DNA of 63,267 nucleotides, filler included, from Choristocarpus tenellus KU-1152 (lineage: Eukaryota; Protista; Phaeophyceae), in the NCBI GenBank assembly GCA_964200185.2. It is 9 parts of 9 records of this genome, joined end to end, with 100 filler letters (N's around TTAATTAATTAA, not from the genome) between each part and the next. Parts side by side here need not be neighbours in the genome. Positions count along the whole stretch, not along the records: positions 1 to 10,171 come from CAXNAD020003103.1; positions 10,272 to 16,645 come from CAXNAD020008276.1; 7 more parts are not named here. One strand, given 5' to 3'. The first letter of the stretch is position 1; each line of letters begins with the position of its first letter. Both the position numbers and the translations under genes were made by a program. Below are positions 1 to 10,926 of the stretch, in pieces. Below the pieces are notes generated by a model. The model worked only from the letters and a program-made list of their open reading frames with translations. It searched no databases and was not told the DNA's origin.

Positions 1-694
1 GATCAAACTCTTTGTTCAACACCATTATTCTATGGTTTCAATCCAGTGTGCATCCTTGAACGGTAAGCGCGGTGTCGGCGGTGAGCTGGTCCCCGTTGCC
101 TAAGCAGTCTCGTTAGATGACGATGGACGGAGCAAACTGCTCGAGCCGGCCCTCTTCACGGATAGACTTGCTGACGCACACAAGGCCACGCTCGCTCAGG
201 GGCCGCACCATCTCCGTGCACGTGATGTTGCCGAGTTTCATCTTGTACATGCCAAGGTAATGCTGTTCAAGGAGCGAGGACATGCCCTTGGCATTGCTGT
301 CCGACGCTCTTGATCCGTGGGCAAGCGCCATTGGCGCGCGGGGGGGTCGTTGTTGAGCGAATGTTGGACATGGCGAAGATTGGGAAGGTGTGACGGGGAT
401 AGAAAAGAAAGAGCTGCTGGTGGTATGTGCGGAAGGGAAGGAATGGAAATGAGGAGTGAGGGCTGGGAGGTGCTGTTTTATTTCATATGGTCCGTCGGTA
501 CCCAAGGAACTCAGATTTCTCTTTCCGTTGATAAATGTGTTCCAAAAAATATGAATATCGAACAGTATACGATTTCATATTTAAATCAAATAGAGAGTAT
601 CGGTTTTTTGTGACCTTTTCGTTTCGGAACATTTCAAACCTATTAGATCAAGTATGTGGTTTATATTTTTATTTATTGAAATTAAGAATATAAT

Positions 695-1012
695 CTAATT
701 TTTATTTCATAATAACCAGAATACACGTATTCTCTAGAACATGGATTTCAGGCTGGTCTGACGGATCACTTGAAACACAAACATTGTATGCCCAACTTCG
801 AATTCAATTCAATCGTGCCCAAGACCGCCTGTTGCCTGAAACCAAAATAGAATCTAGTTTTTATTTCATCACAGCGAGAATAAACGCGTTTTCCAGAACA
901 AGGATTTCATTTTGGTCCAATGGGTCTCTTCAAACTCAAACATCGTACGCCCGGCTTCGAATTCAATTCACTCCTAGACCTTCTCACTGCCCAAGACCGC
1001 CTGTTGCCTGAA
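695..1012. repeat. Tandem duplication, about 158-bp period (2 diverged copies)
   Basis: TCTA(A/G)TTTTTATTTCAT...CTTCGAATTCAATTCA...TGCCCAAGACCGCCTGTTGCCTGAAA occurs at about 695-842 and about 853-1013. Confidence 0.85.
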
Positions 1013-1340
1013 AGCACCATGACAGTTGCTCCCATCCGTATATACATACATGCGCTCGATGCCGTACATCAATGTAATTCTCTTTTATTTTGTGTGATAT
1101 TTCATCATCTATCTCCCCGACGCGCTCAGCGGCTTGTTGTACTTAAAAAAAAAGCGACTGCATGTGCGTGGCAGGGAGGGAACGAAAGGGGGAGGATCTT
1201 AAAGCACCCGACTATGTGATGGTGGAGGAAATATATAGATCAGGGTGGGGACACTCAAACAACAGGAAGCGATGCATGCTGGAAGGACCTCCTTTGCAAC
1301 ACTGTACAGCCCTTGCAAACAAACCAGGTGAGGTGTCTTT

Positions 1341-1364
1341 GTACCCTCTAAGATACGTTCACTC
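1341..1364 (+). mobile_element. Solo right terminus of MITE family A
   Basis: GTACCCTCTAAGATACGTTCACTC matches the family A 3' TIR GTACCCTCTAAGATACTTTCACTC. Confidence 0.7.
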
Positions 1365-1749
1365 TATGTTATGTTGGAATAGGTGTATGGATCTTAGATC
1401 TGATGTTCTCATTTTTCAAGTTTGAGTTCTTCTCGTAGGCAATACGTCACATTCAACCAAGGTGAGTGAGTAAGGAAAGTAAGTGGATGGGTTGGGACTG
1501 ACATTTGGAATGCAAAGAAAAGATCTAGCAGAGAAGGTGGACACCAGAGTGCAGTACAGTTGGTAGTATGCAAGCAACCTAGGTTGCCTGCATCAGCTCT
1601 CCCAATACCCCCTAGTGCCGGCTGCATGACGGCAGTCACACCTCACCTGGTTTGTTTGCAAGGGCTGTACAGTATTACAAAGGAGGTCCTTCCAGCATGC
1701 ATCGCTTCCTGTTGTTTGAGTGTCCCCACCCTGATCACTCCAAGCATTC

Positions 1750-3470
1750 ATGCAAGGATGCACATCCCTGAAGAGATTAGACTGGGCTCAAGACATGAAC
1801 CAAGCAAGAGTTGATGGAAGGGAATAAATTTGACAGTTCAGACTACTGTGAAATCATAGGCAGTTTTCCTGGCGCTCTCTATGGTTGAGAGGAAGACAGA
1901 TTTATCACGCACGATGGGTGGGTATTCAGTCATTCTTCTCTCCCATCCCAAGGCTCCACTGCCTAAGCAAGGTCCCTCATCTGAACTTCCAAGTTTGGAT
2001 GTTCAAGTCTCAGAGGTAGTGGAGGTCACGCCTGCGCTTGAAGAGGCACAAAGTATCTGGGACGGAGTGGCAGTTGTACATTCGAGGCCTGTTTTCCATG
2101 TTGCAATTTTTGGGTGAATTTGGTTCCATGCGTCGGAATGATAATGTAAGTGCACTTCTCCTGGTCAGGGTCTGAATGGACACCCTGGTGTCGATTACCC
2201 CCCCCAGATACTTGAAGCCAGAAGATGGTGAAGGCCTTGTGCCTACATCTGAGGATATTATTGGGTCAATTGGGATAACCATGGATGTGCCGGATGCCTC
2301 CGTACCCTACCCTGGATTCCACTCCTCACCTCAGAACAGAAGTGCAGCTTTATTGAACTATCCCCTTCCTTTCCATGCACCACCGGTAGACACACCTTGG
2401 TTGTTTGTCATAAACTACGAGAGAGTACTGGTGGAGGGTAGCAGCACTTTACACTGCAGGATGATGCCCCAGACCGGGTGTGCTGGTTTGGCTACTATTG
2501 AGGGGAGTGTCTACAAGGCATGCTCCAACCTTACACTTAAGTCCAAGGCCACAGGTGTCCTTTAACATGCACCTGGCTCACAGAAGACCAAGCAAAGTGC
2601 CCCTTGTGAAATCAACTAAGCTACAGCCAGATGGCGAGCCCACTTGATCAGCAGTACACCAACAAAAGAGATTCACCTGCAATACTTCAATCCAGACAAG
2701 CACCTATTGCGCATGGCTCGCCATGTACATATATATTTTCGCGTTATCCCCCTAATGTCGAAGGGTAATATTCTAGGCCTGAAGTTTATCTTTGCCCCGA
2801 GCACTGCCGGAAGGAAAGTCTTCTTTTTTCAATCTTAGACAAGATCAAGCATGCAATGCAAGGTACTATCAATAGTATTGCGCCTGTGGCTACAGACTGG
2901 ATTACTACAGCCTTGCACTTTCTTGTGCTCAACATCAGAGGACCACCATTGCTTTGTGTTCTTCACCGGGCCATCAGTCTCTGCCAGGTGTGCCTCATGT
3001 ATACGAACGCCTTAGTGACACCAAGGCAAGGACAAATTTTGCATATTTGTATCGGTCAGTCTTGTCATTGAACTACTGTAGTGTTAAACAGTGGATACAA
3101 CACTCTCTGAGTATTTACATATTTACCCTCCAGTTAGGCTTTCTGACACGTGGACAGGGAGACATCGCTTCAACGAAATCAGTGTCTGCTTGGGGTATTC
3201 CGGAACATTGTTCATGCATGGATCTTCATGGACCATGAGATCAACATCAACAGGCGTCCTCAACAATGCGTTGATGCTGAGTCTAGCACTAGTGTCAAAT
3301 AAGGTGGGTCCAATTAAAACCTGGTTGATCTATCTTGTGCAATGGGTTATGTGTCTTTGCTGGTGGGTGCAGAGTGTAAAATGTACCGATACCAATGACA
3401 ACATATTTGCAGGATGTGACCTCTGGTGTCCAACATCGACAGACATATCCTATTGCAAGGACTGACTCCT
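1750..3470 (+). pseudogene. Highly decayed Ty3/Gypsy pol relic (RT-RNaseH-integrase order)
   Basis: Broken frames give RLDWAQDMNQARV (cf. RT KLDLxxGYHQxRV), HLQYFNPDKHLLRMARH (cf. RNase H DHxxLxYFxxxKxLxRRQARW) and CQVCLMY..PRQG (cf. integrase zinc region). Many stops and frameshifts; interrupted by a MITE C copy. Confidence 0.5.
2045..2219 (-). mobile_element. MITE family C copy, 3-bp TSD AGA
   Basis: Termini GGCACAAAGTATCTGGG...CCCCAGATACTTGAAGCC; interior is the reverse complement of the 31951-32126 copy; flanks AGA/AGA. Confidence 0.85.
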
Positions 3471-3629
3471 TAGCCCATACCATAATCCAACACACTGTGA
3501 TAGAGAGAGATAGGAGAAGTCACCCTTCCTAGATAGGTATTGGTAATAGGACAGGCATGGGACGTGTGGGGTAGCACACAAGAGGAATGAATACATGTCT
3601 CCCACCTACGGGCACGCACAAGAGGTTGA

Positions 3630-3885
3630 GAGCCAAAGTATACGGGAGGTACCTGAGTTTTGGCCATCATACATTTTCATACATTTTTTTAATCATTTGC
3701 AAGTTCATTTGTATTTTTTTTCGGTTCTAAGATCGACGTGTGAGCATTGTTTTTTCTATTGTCTGGGAATTTACGATGAAAAGCCCCGGAAAATTCCTCA
3801 CAAATTTGTACAAAAATAAAAAATTGCAAATGTTTGTCAGCATCCTTCAAATGCAAGCCTCGATACCTCTTGTTTGCTTTGAATG
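3630..3885 (-). mobile_element. MITE family B copy (diverged), 3-bp TSD TGA
   Basis: GAGCCAAAGTATACGGGAGGTACC...GATACCTCTTGTTTGCTTTGAATG; interior resembles 18812-19071; flanks TGA/TGA. Confidence 0.75.
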
Positions 3886-6123
3886 TGAGGACTGTGGGTG
3901 ACACAGTGAGTGTTGGCATAGTGTCGTCCTAGTAGTTGAACAGGATGTACGGATTATATTGTACTATTGTGCACAGTATACTGAGTACGTCAACCCGAAT
4001 GTCCTACAGTAGTGGGAGGGGAAGAGCATAGCATCCAGGGCTGGCAATCAAGTGGTGTCACCAGGGCTGGTGGTTGTGAAACGAAATCAAGAAGTATTAC
4101 ATGTATTTGATAGCACAGACGATTAGCCCACTACAGAGTATTATTAGGAATGCTCATACTGAGAAATGTGTTTTCATGTGTACCACAGATGACGGCAAAC
4201 AGGCACAGCAAGGAAGTGGTGTACGCCGAATATCTCCAAGAAAAAAATGAATATTTTCAGAGAACAAATCAATTCAAAAATGTGAGCCCTACTGGAAAGA
4301 TTCTATGCTTGAGCACTCTGTGTTGTATGAAACGTACCAGGTGCATGTCTATATTGAGTACATAAATGAACGTGAATAATGGGTTCCGGAAACTGTTGGG
4401 ATCATGGACCAAGTTGTACCTTTTGAGATTTCTGGACTCCAGAGGAATCTGGGGGGGAATTGTATCTGAAATAGCCAGCGACTTGTGCAGTGGGTGGAAA
4501 CGACTTGCACAGTTCTGTGCTCTTGGATTCTCAGAGTGCAAGGGTCTGTGGGATGTTTGTGTGCTTGTATGATCGGCTCCATGATCGCATTTCCGAACCT
4601 AACTTGCTGTGAATGTCTGTATCAATCAGTAACAACACATATACATAAAATTATTGCTATAAATATCGAATTGTGTACACATCTGACTCTTTGAGTCTTG
4701 GCCTACTCTTGTTCATATTGAAGTACAGTACAATACCAAACAACAGAAATTACCCTAAGCCCAACCTGGCTAGTCCCCAACCCCCCTCCTTGCTCCCCTT
4801 TCCGGCCATCTCTTTCCTTACCTCCCTCTGTGGGTCCTTCACATGTCAGCAAGGATTTGTCACAGACATCCACTTACTCGGACTCCTAGATACGTTCATT
4901 GTGCCCATCAACAAGCAAGGGTACCATGATGACTTGGAGCTACTCACGGTCGTGCCTACCCTTCTCACATCCATGCTGGTGTGTATACTCCTTTGTGTGT
5001 TTGTGTGAGTACGGGATTGGTTCCCCGATCACAGTTCCAAAACCCACCTGATATATGTGTATGTATATATATATATATATATGTACCAGTTTTTTTAGGT
5101 ATGTATCAATATACATACGCATATACATAGATTTGTCTCTACATACATTGAAGTGCTTACACAACTGACACTTGAGCCTTGGCTACCGTTGTTGTCAATA
5201 CAACCCAATTGACAGCTGCAGAAAATCCCTTAGTCCCAACCTGTGGTGAGGGATGCAATCGTGGGTGGAGGTCAGGGCTGGGGTTGGAGAAGGTGGGGCG
5301 GAGGAGGGACGAGGGATAAAGGAGGGGTGGGGGTGAACTGAGGCGTGGAACAGAGATGGAAGGCGGTAGTAACCAGGGCTTACGGAAGGAGGTGGAGAGC
5401 ACGGACAAACAAAGACGAAAGGGGGTGGGTGGGCATAGGGGCTAGAGGGATTGAAAGGCATGGCATGGCGGAGTTGGAATTGGGCGAAGAAATGGAATGG
5501 CAGCTAGATGCTGCCATCACAAGCATGTTGCCAGAAATGACGGAGGACATGTGAGCATCACACCAGGATACAGATCTGCTACCTGGCCTGTCTAGAAATC
5601 CCCACAAGGGCAGGAGATGTCACAGTCACAGTTCATGAAACCTGCGGGAAGGAGAACCCAGGCCCATCGGAGACAGCTTGGAGGCAACAACAAGAGGGTG
5701 CAGGCTGCGGAATCTTTCTACAATAGTGGCAGGGACAAAGATACGACTGTATGATGGGGTTAGAGGGTGGTGGCTCCGTACTTATTGAGGATGACAGTCT
5801 TAGTAGTTTGTGATAATGATGCAGGGGTAGGTCACTTTAGAGTCCATTGCACACTTTTCCCACTAGACACATTACATTTGTGGAATGTGATGGTGGATTA
5901 ATAGGGCTGTATATATTGTCTCTGGCGCAAAGCATGGAAGGTGTTGAAGCATGAACCACAATGGTAGTGGCCTCTTACCCTTCTCAATTTTGCCCTGTGG
6001 ATTTGGGATACATGGGTGATGTTGATTGTTTTCCCCAACCATAACAGAGTCAGGGGTAGGTGAATATTGCCAATCACTCCTACAGCACTTTCAGTTTACC
6101 TCACAGCATACTCACGGTCCGTG

Positions 6124-6372
6124 GAGTCAAAGTATCTTAGAGGGTAGAGCCGTTTCCGTTTGGGGACCGAAATCCAATGTTGCCATTTTAATGCAATTTT
6201 GACTATCGCGTTTGTTAGGAAGTGTCAATATCCTTGTTTTGGACACACCTTTTCATAACGGATACATTTTATCTACTCCGAAACGTTTCGGAGTAGGAAA
6301 GTGTCATAAAAACCCGTGGGAAGTCAAGCCCCAAACGGACAAACAGGGCAAAGCTCGCACCCGCTGACACTC
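6124..6372 (+). mobile_element. MITE family A copy, 4-bp TSD CGTG
   Basis: GAGTCAAAGTATCTTAGAGGGTA 5' TIR, central hairpin CTACTCCGAAACGTTTCGGAGTAG, partly deleted 3' TIR ending CACTC; flanks CGTG/CGTG. Confidence 0.9.
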
Positions 6373-8307
6373 CGTGGCTCACAAATGCAGACAAGCTGGC
6401 CGAGAGGAGAACTACAAAGCACCATCACAAAAGGCATGGAATGGCTTTGCGACCCATCGGCTATAAAAACATAAATGCAAATTCGTGTTTTGCCGGAGCA
6501 CTTGGTGTCTCGGCAAGTAGGCATGGCCAGCACAAACAATCTTTGGAAATTCAGGAGACTCTGGAACCAATGGCCTTCGTCTACTTGCAACAGTGTTGGG
6601 CGAGGTGGATGCAGTGCAGGAGACTGTATCTGATAGTAATTCTTTCTTGTGGAATAATTCTTCCTAGTTCCTTCCCGTTCCAATACATTTGCCTCTTCTG
6701 GTTTTGTTTCTGCTTTGATATTCCTAGCCTTTTTGTTCTTTCCAACAGCTACAGCACATGTTGGCTGGGACTGATCGATTAGTGTCTTTCCCCACACTGT
6801 AGATGAGCACACATTTTCCTAGGGGTCTTGGTGCTTCTGTTTCTGAGTAATGACCAAGGTCCATCAGTGAGATTGTTAGTGGCAGAGACAGTATCAACGG
6901 CTTGAGCCTTGGTCACTACGGGGTGGGAATCAGCTCCGAATGGAGTAGCCTGCACGCTGTGACAATACATGAATCTGGAGATATAATTTAGAGAGTGACG
7001 TACATTTGGGACAGGTTTGGACCATCGTTCTCATCAGGGTACAGTGTCCGTGATGGACTAAGGCAAGGAATGGCAGTGGTGTGGGTGACGCTGCCTATTG
7101 TACAGTAGTAGTAGGAGAATTGGATATGTGCACAGATCAATCACATTCATCTTCATTTCGTATGTGCCATATTTCCCTCCCCAATCCCATGTTTGTGTGA
7201 TGAGAATCCAGAGAAGTTGAGTGTCTTGGCCTTGATCTCTTGAAGCAAACGCTATGTATGGCGAAATAGGTGGATACCCATTGTCAGAGAATTGATCCAC
7301 ACATAATCCGGACTCAATACTTGCCACAATCTCCCAGGGGAAGTTGTATACTCAGGAGTAGTTATAGTTTTGAGAAGGAAATCTTGCAAGAATCTTCTTC
7401 TTAAAAAAGAAGTATATTGATCTTGTTCTTTTCCCTCCCATGGTACACAATATTCTTAGATATCTGTTATAGAAAGTAAGAATAATGTTTACAGATGTAC
7501 TTGTGATATAGGTTTGACTTTTCCCCTCACACAGTAGCAAAAATGTCAGTAGCAAAAAGGTCAGTGGGCATTATGAGAAGTAATAAGCAAAATGCTAGAG
7601 GGGAAAAGAGTATGCTCTGGGAGTATAAATGGGTCACGGTATTTTTGGCATTATATCTTTCATCTCGACCTAAAAAAGAGCTGAAGTAATGGAGAGGTAG
7701 GCAGGCTTAGACCATTTAGCATCCCAAGCCGTCTTTCTTACAGTGTGTAATAAACCCAAATACATTGCTATATGTGCACAATGGTGAACAAAATATCGAA
7801 ATTTCCCCTTTCCACACAAAAAGTGACACCACAATTCGGCAAAGACCCTTTCCGCAATTGTATAAAATGCCATATTTTTCCCCTTGTCAGGATCCTTCGA
7901 ATGTAACCCTGCCTACATCTCAGATGGTTTGACTCAATGCCGACTACAACTCTTTTGATCCATTGCCACCAAGTCATTTTGCAACGATTTGTTGTAATAT
8001 CCTTTTCGTTATAAGTTGGGAGCATTGTGTCCCATAGTAGTAGTTGACCTTGCAGCCAGCAACATGCTGTTTGTTTCTAGAAGTCTGGGACCCTGAGCAT
8101 CACTTTTATCCTACAGAAGAATATACTTGAAATGACCGTAGAAAACAACCACAAACCTTTTTTTGATACATACATCTTATCAACATTTGCCACACTCCAG
8201 AATCTGTTGCCCTGTCCTTTGCTTTGTTTGCAGCACAGTAAGGCACTCTGCATCACATGCACACATCACGGGCGCTCAACACCTCTAGCGCTTCGAATGA
8301 TTAGATT

Positions 8308-9315
8308 TCATTCCTCCCTACCCCACACTCGTAGAGAATCGTCCCTCTTGGTATACCTAGCTATCACCCCCTCAGCATCCACCCTGAAGGGAAGGGATAC
8401 TGACAAACGGTACATTTTCTCCACCCTCAACAACACATGGGTAGCTGTCACATCCAGCACTACTTCAGGTCCACCTGACTCCCCTAGCCACGGATGAATC
8501 GGCATCTTCCCTGTAGAATGACTGACGTTACCACCTCTCTCACTCCCAACATCACCATTCATGATGGGATGGACAAAGGGGGGAGGTAATTTCACTGTCA
8601 GTAATACTTCACGTTTCCTACTTCCTGTTGAAGCACTTTCCTTTTGCTCAGCTCGAGGTGATAATTGATTTAGAGAGTATTGTGGCTCACTCTCCTGCTC
8701 CTCATTTGCCAATCCGTCTACTTGTTGAACACCAAGCTCTAGGTTCTTGTGACTCTGTGATCTAGCCTCTTTCATATTGTCAAGTGTACCTCCACGCTGC
8801 CCAAGCCCACCAGGACCTTGCTCCTCCTGCTGGTCATTCTTAACATCCTTGTTTTCTTGTCCCTCTTGCACCAACTCGGCTTGCCATACCAAAGTTTGCT
8901 GAGAGGTTAGTTGGGGCTGTCCATGTGACGGAGCTGAGGTGCTGGGGGTCACAGAAGCAAAACGGGACGCATTGGTCTTCAAGATTCCGTTGCCAATATC
9001 GTCACCATGTTCCTGTGGGGCCCCCAATGTTGAACCTTGATTAGACATGATCTGACCAATGTTATTGGTGGGATCAACCCCAGGAGAAGATATGCCAGGT
9101 TTAGGTGTTACCCTTTCTGGGGGGCACTTTCCTTTGTCTGAGTCAATTCCCTTGCTCTCACTGGGTAGCAGAATGTCAGAGGAGGTATCGGAGGCAGCAG
9201 TAGTAGGGGTAGGGGCAGCGTCTGGGGTAGAGGGCATGGAGAATGACTCCATTCCCAGGACCTTTGCAAGGTCAGCCAGCTCGCCTGCTAGAGGGTCGTC
9301 ATCAAATGATGACCC
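8308..9315 (-). CDS. Terminal exon of a PIH1/Kintoun-like protein (C-terminal CS-type domain after a low-complexity linker)
   Basis: CAG acceptor at 9318-9316 opens the frame 21 codons upstream of the 8308-9252 ORF. The C-terminus EVLLTVKLP...VVLDVTATHVLLRVEKMYRLSVSLPFRVDAEGVIARYTKRDDSLRV matches the PIH1 CS-domain pattern. Upstream exons were not located before the gap. Confidence 0.7.
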   Translation of the reverse strand, partial: GSSFDDDPLAGELADLAKVLGMESFSMPSTPDAAPTPTTAASDTSSDILLPSESKGIDSDKGKCPPERVTPKPGISSPGVDPTNNIGQIMSNQGSTLGAPQEHGDDIGNGILKTNASRFASVTPSTSAPSHGQPQLTSQQTLVWQAELVQEGQENKDVKNDQQEEQGPGGLGQRGGTLDNMKEARSQSHKNLELGVQQVDGLANEEQESEPQYSLNQLSPRAEQKESASTGSRKREVLLTVKLPPPFVHPIMNGDVGSERGGNVSHSTGKMPIHPWLGESGGPEVVLDVTATHVLLRVEKMYRLSVSLPFRVDAEGVIARYTKRDDSLRVWGREE

Positions 9316-10171
9316 CTGATTTCAAAGCGCCAGTAATGGAAAAATGATTAGACAGAAACAAGAGTATCAACAGAGAAGTGATTGTGCCGCATGGGGAGAT
9401 GAAGGTCTGGGGAGGGGTTGTGTTGGAGAAAATATATACTGAGCTCAACTATTTGAAGTGTCAGCTATCCATTATTGCCAGATAGTTGTAGAAAGGGAAT
9501 GGGTGCAATGAGGAGAGATAGTTACATCTCCCATTTGTTAACCATCCCAGAAGATTTGAGAGGGACCTTGAAATTTTATTTTTCCTATCAGCACCGACAC
9601 TCATAAAAGTCTGAAAAATCAGGAGTCTGTGAAGAGGATTATGAATTACAATAATCTGTATAGACGTTATTGTGGCCATGGAGAGGGTCTGGGATATGCT
9701 TATCAGATGGGGTGGTAAAAGTCGGAGCAATATGGAGAATATTGTAGATGCTGGATATTACATGCAGGATATGCTCATGCGAGAAAGACATGTTTCTCAT
9801 AGAAGGACAATTCCCTGCATATCCTCTGTCAAGGAAATGGGGTCACAGAGACTTGATAATAAATTGTGTCTACTTCGTTACAAGAGTGTCTACACGGGAG
9901 AGGTTTAGAGACTGTTCTTGAAACCCAAAAGGAAACATTGCTCACCAATAAGAAAGAAATTATGATACACTCACACCGAACACGCTTCACAACAATAATG
10001 GACCAATCAGCACTGTGTACAAGTTTACCAATGACCATGATGAAATACAGACAGACTTATTGCCAACAACTTCTTTCAGTATGTAATCACCCCCCCCCTC
10101 CCCCCAACATCTTGGAAACACTTAGGGCGGAGGGAGATCCCTAAGTTTGTAACTAAAAACTTAATTCTTAT

Positions 10172-10271
10172 NNNNNNNNNNNNNNNNNNNNNNNNNNNNN
10201 NNNNNNNNNNNNNNNTTAATTAATTAANNNNNNNNNNNNNNNNNNNNNNNNNNNNNNNNNNNNNNNNNNNN
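10172..10271. other. Scaffolding gap linker (also 16646-16745, 20649-20748, 31836-31935, 36818-36917, 45722-45821, 53051-53150, 60608-60707)
   Basis: Identical 100-bp N44-TTAATTAATTAA-N44 block eight times; the 12-mer gives stops in all six frames. Assembly artefact. Confidence 0.97.
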
Positions 10272-10349
10272 ATAACGGTATATGGCATGCGGCAATAACG
10301 GTATAATAACAGACAAACATTCTTTCCACAGTTAAAATGTTTTTCATTA

Positions 10350-10420
10350 CAATGTTTTCATTGGTTTCCCCCTGACACATCTGCAAAATGTCAGAGGGCA
10401 TAATAATATAAATATGTCAG
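10350..10420. repeat. Dispersed repeat D (inverted partner at about 38370-38440)
   Basis: TTTCATTGGTTTCCCCCTGACACATCTGCAAAATGTCAGAGGGCAT is the near-exact reverse complement of ATGCCCTCTTGACATTTTGCAGATGTGTCAGGGGGGAAACCAATGAAA. Confidence 0.85.
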
Positions 10421-10926
10421 TTTTCACACTTTCCATTTTTGTTTTGAAATTTGAAATTAGGAAGGAAACGCATCTCTTAATATTATAGTTATAGGGTGAT
10501 TTAAAAAGAAACATAAAATAAAACCAGAGAAGAATTAGATGTATTTGTTATGGTCTTGACTCTGGTACAATCAAAGGATAGAACCAATCACGTGGGTTGA
10601 CCCACCCTTGATATGGAAGCAACGGGTACGAAGTGAGACGTACAATCCGTTGTGCTAATCTGGAATTGAATAATCGAAACGAGGTTTCCATGTGAAACAA
10701 AGCGTTGATTTGGTTCGTATCAGTAAAATGACCACTATATAGATGATGTGGTGGAACTACTATGTCGATGAATGTCGATCGACCAACGGTCGAGCAAAAG
10801 TGTTAAATCGACGCTTCGATTGGTGGGTCAATCTGCTGATAATGCAAGGTTCGCATGGGTGCCTGTCCTCTCACAACATTGGCGTCTTTGGGAGGGTGAT
10901 TTGCTAGAGAAGCATAATGTCTTGGG

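Noticed and set aside
4150-5760. Short coding-like fragments
   Set aside because: No recognisable motif or consistent splice structure; probably TE debris.
9530-10080. Possible LINE 3' fragment in the PIH1-like intron
   Set aside because: Resemblance too faint to support a call.
10216-10227. Palindromic TTAATTAATTAA recurring eight times
   Set aside because: Always centred in 100-bp N blocks; an artificial six-frame-stop scaffold linker.
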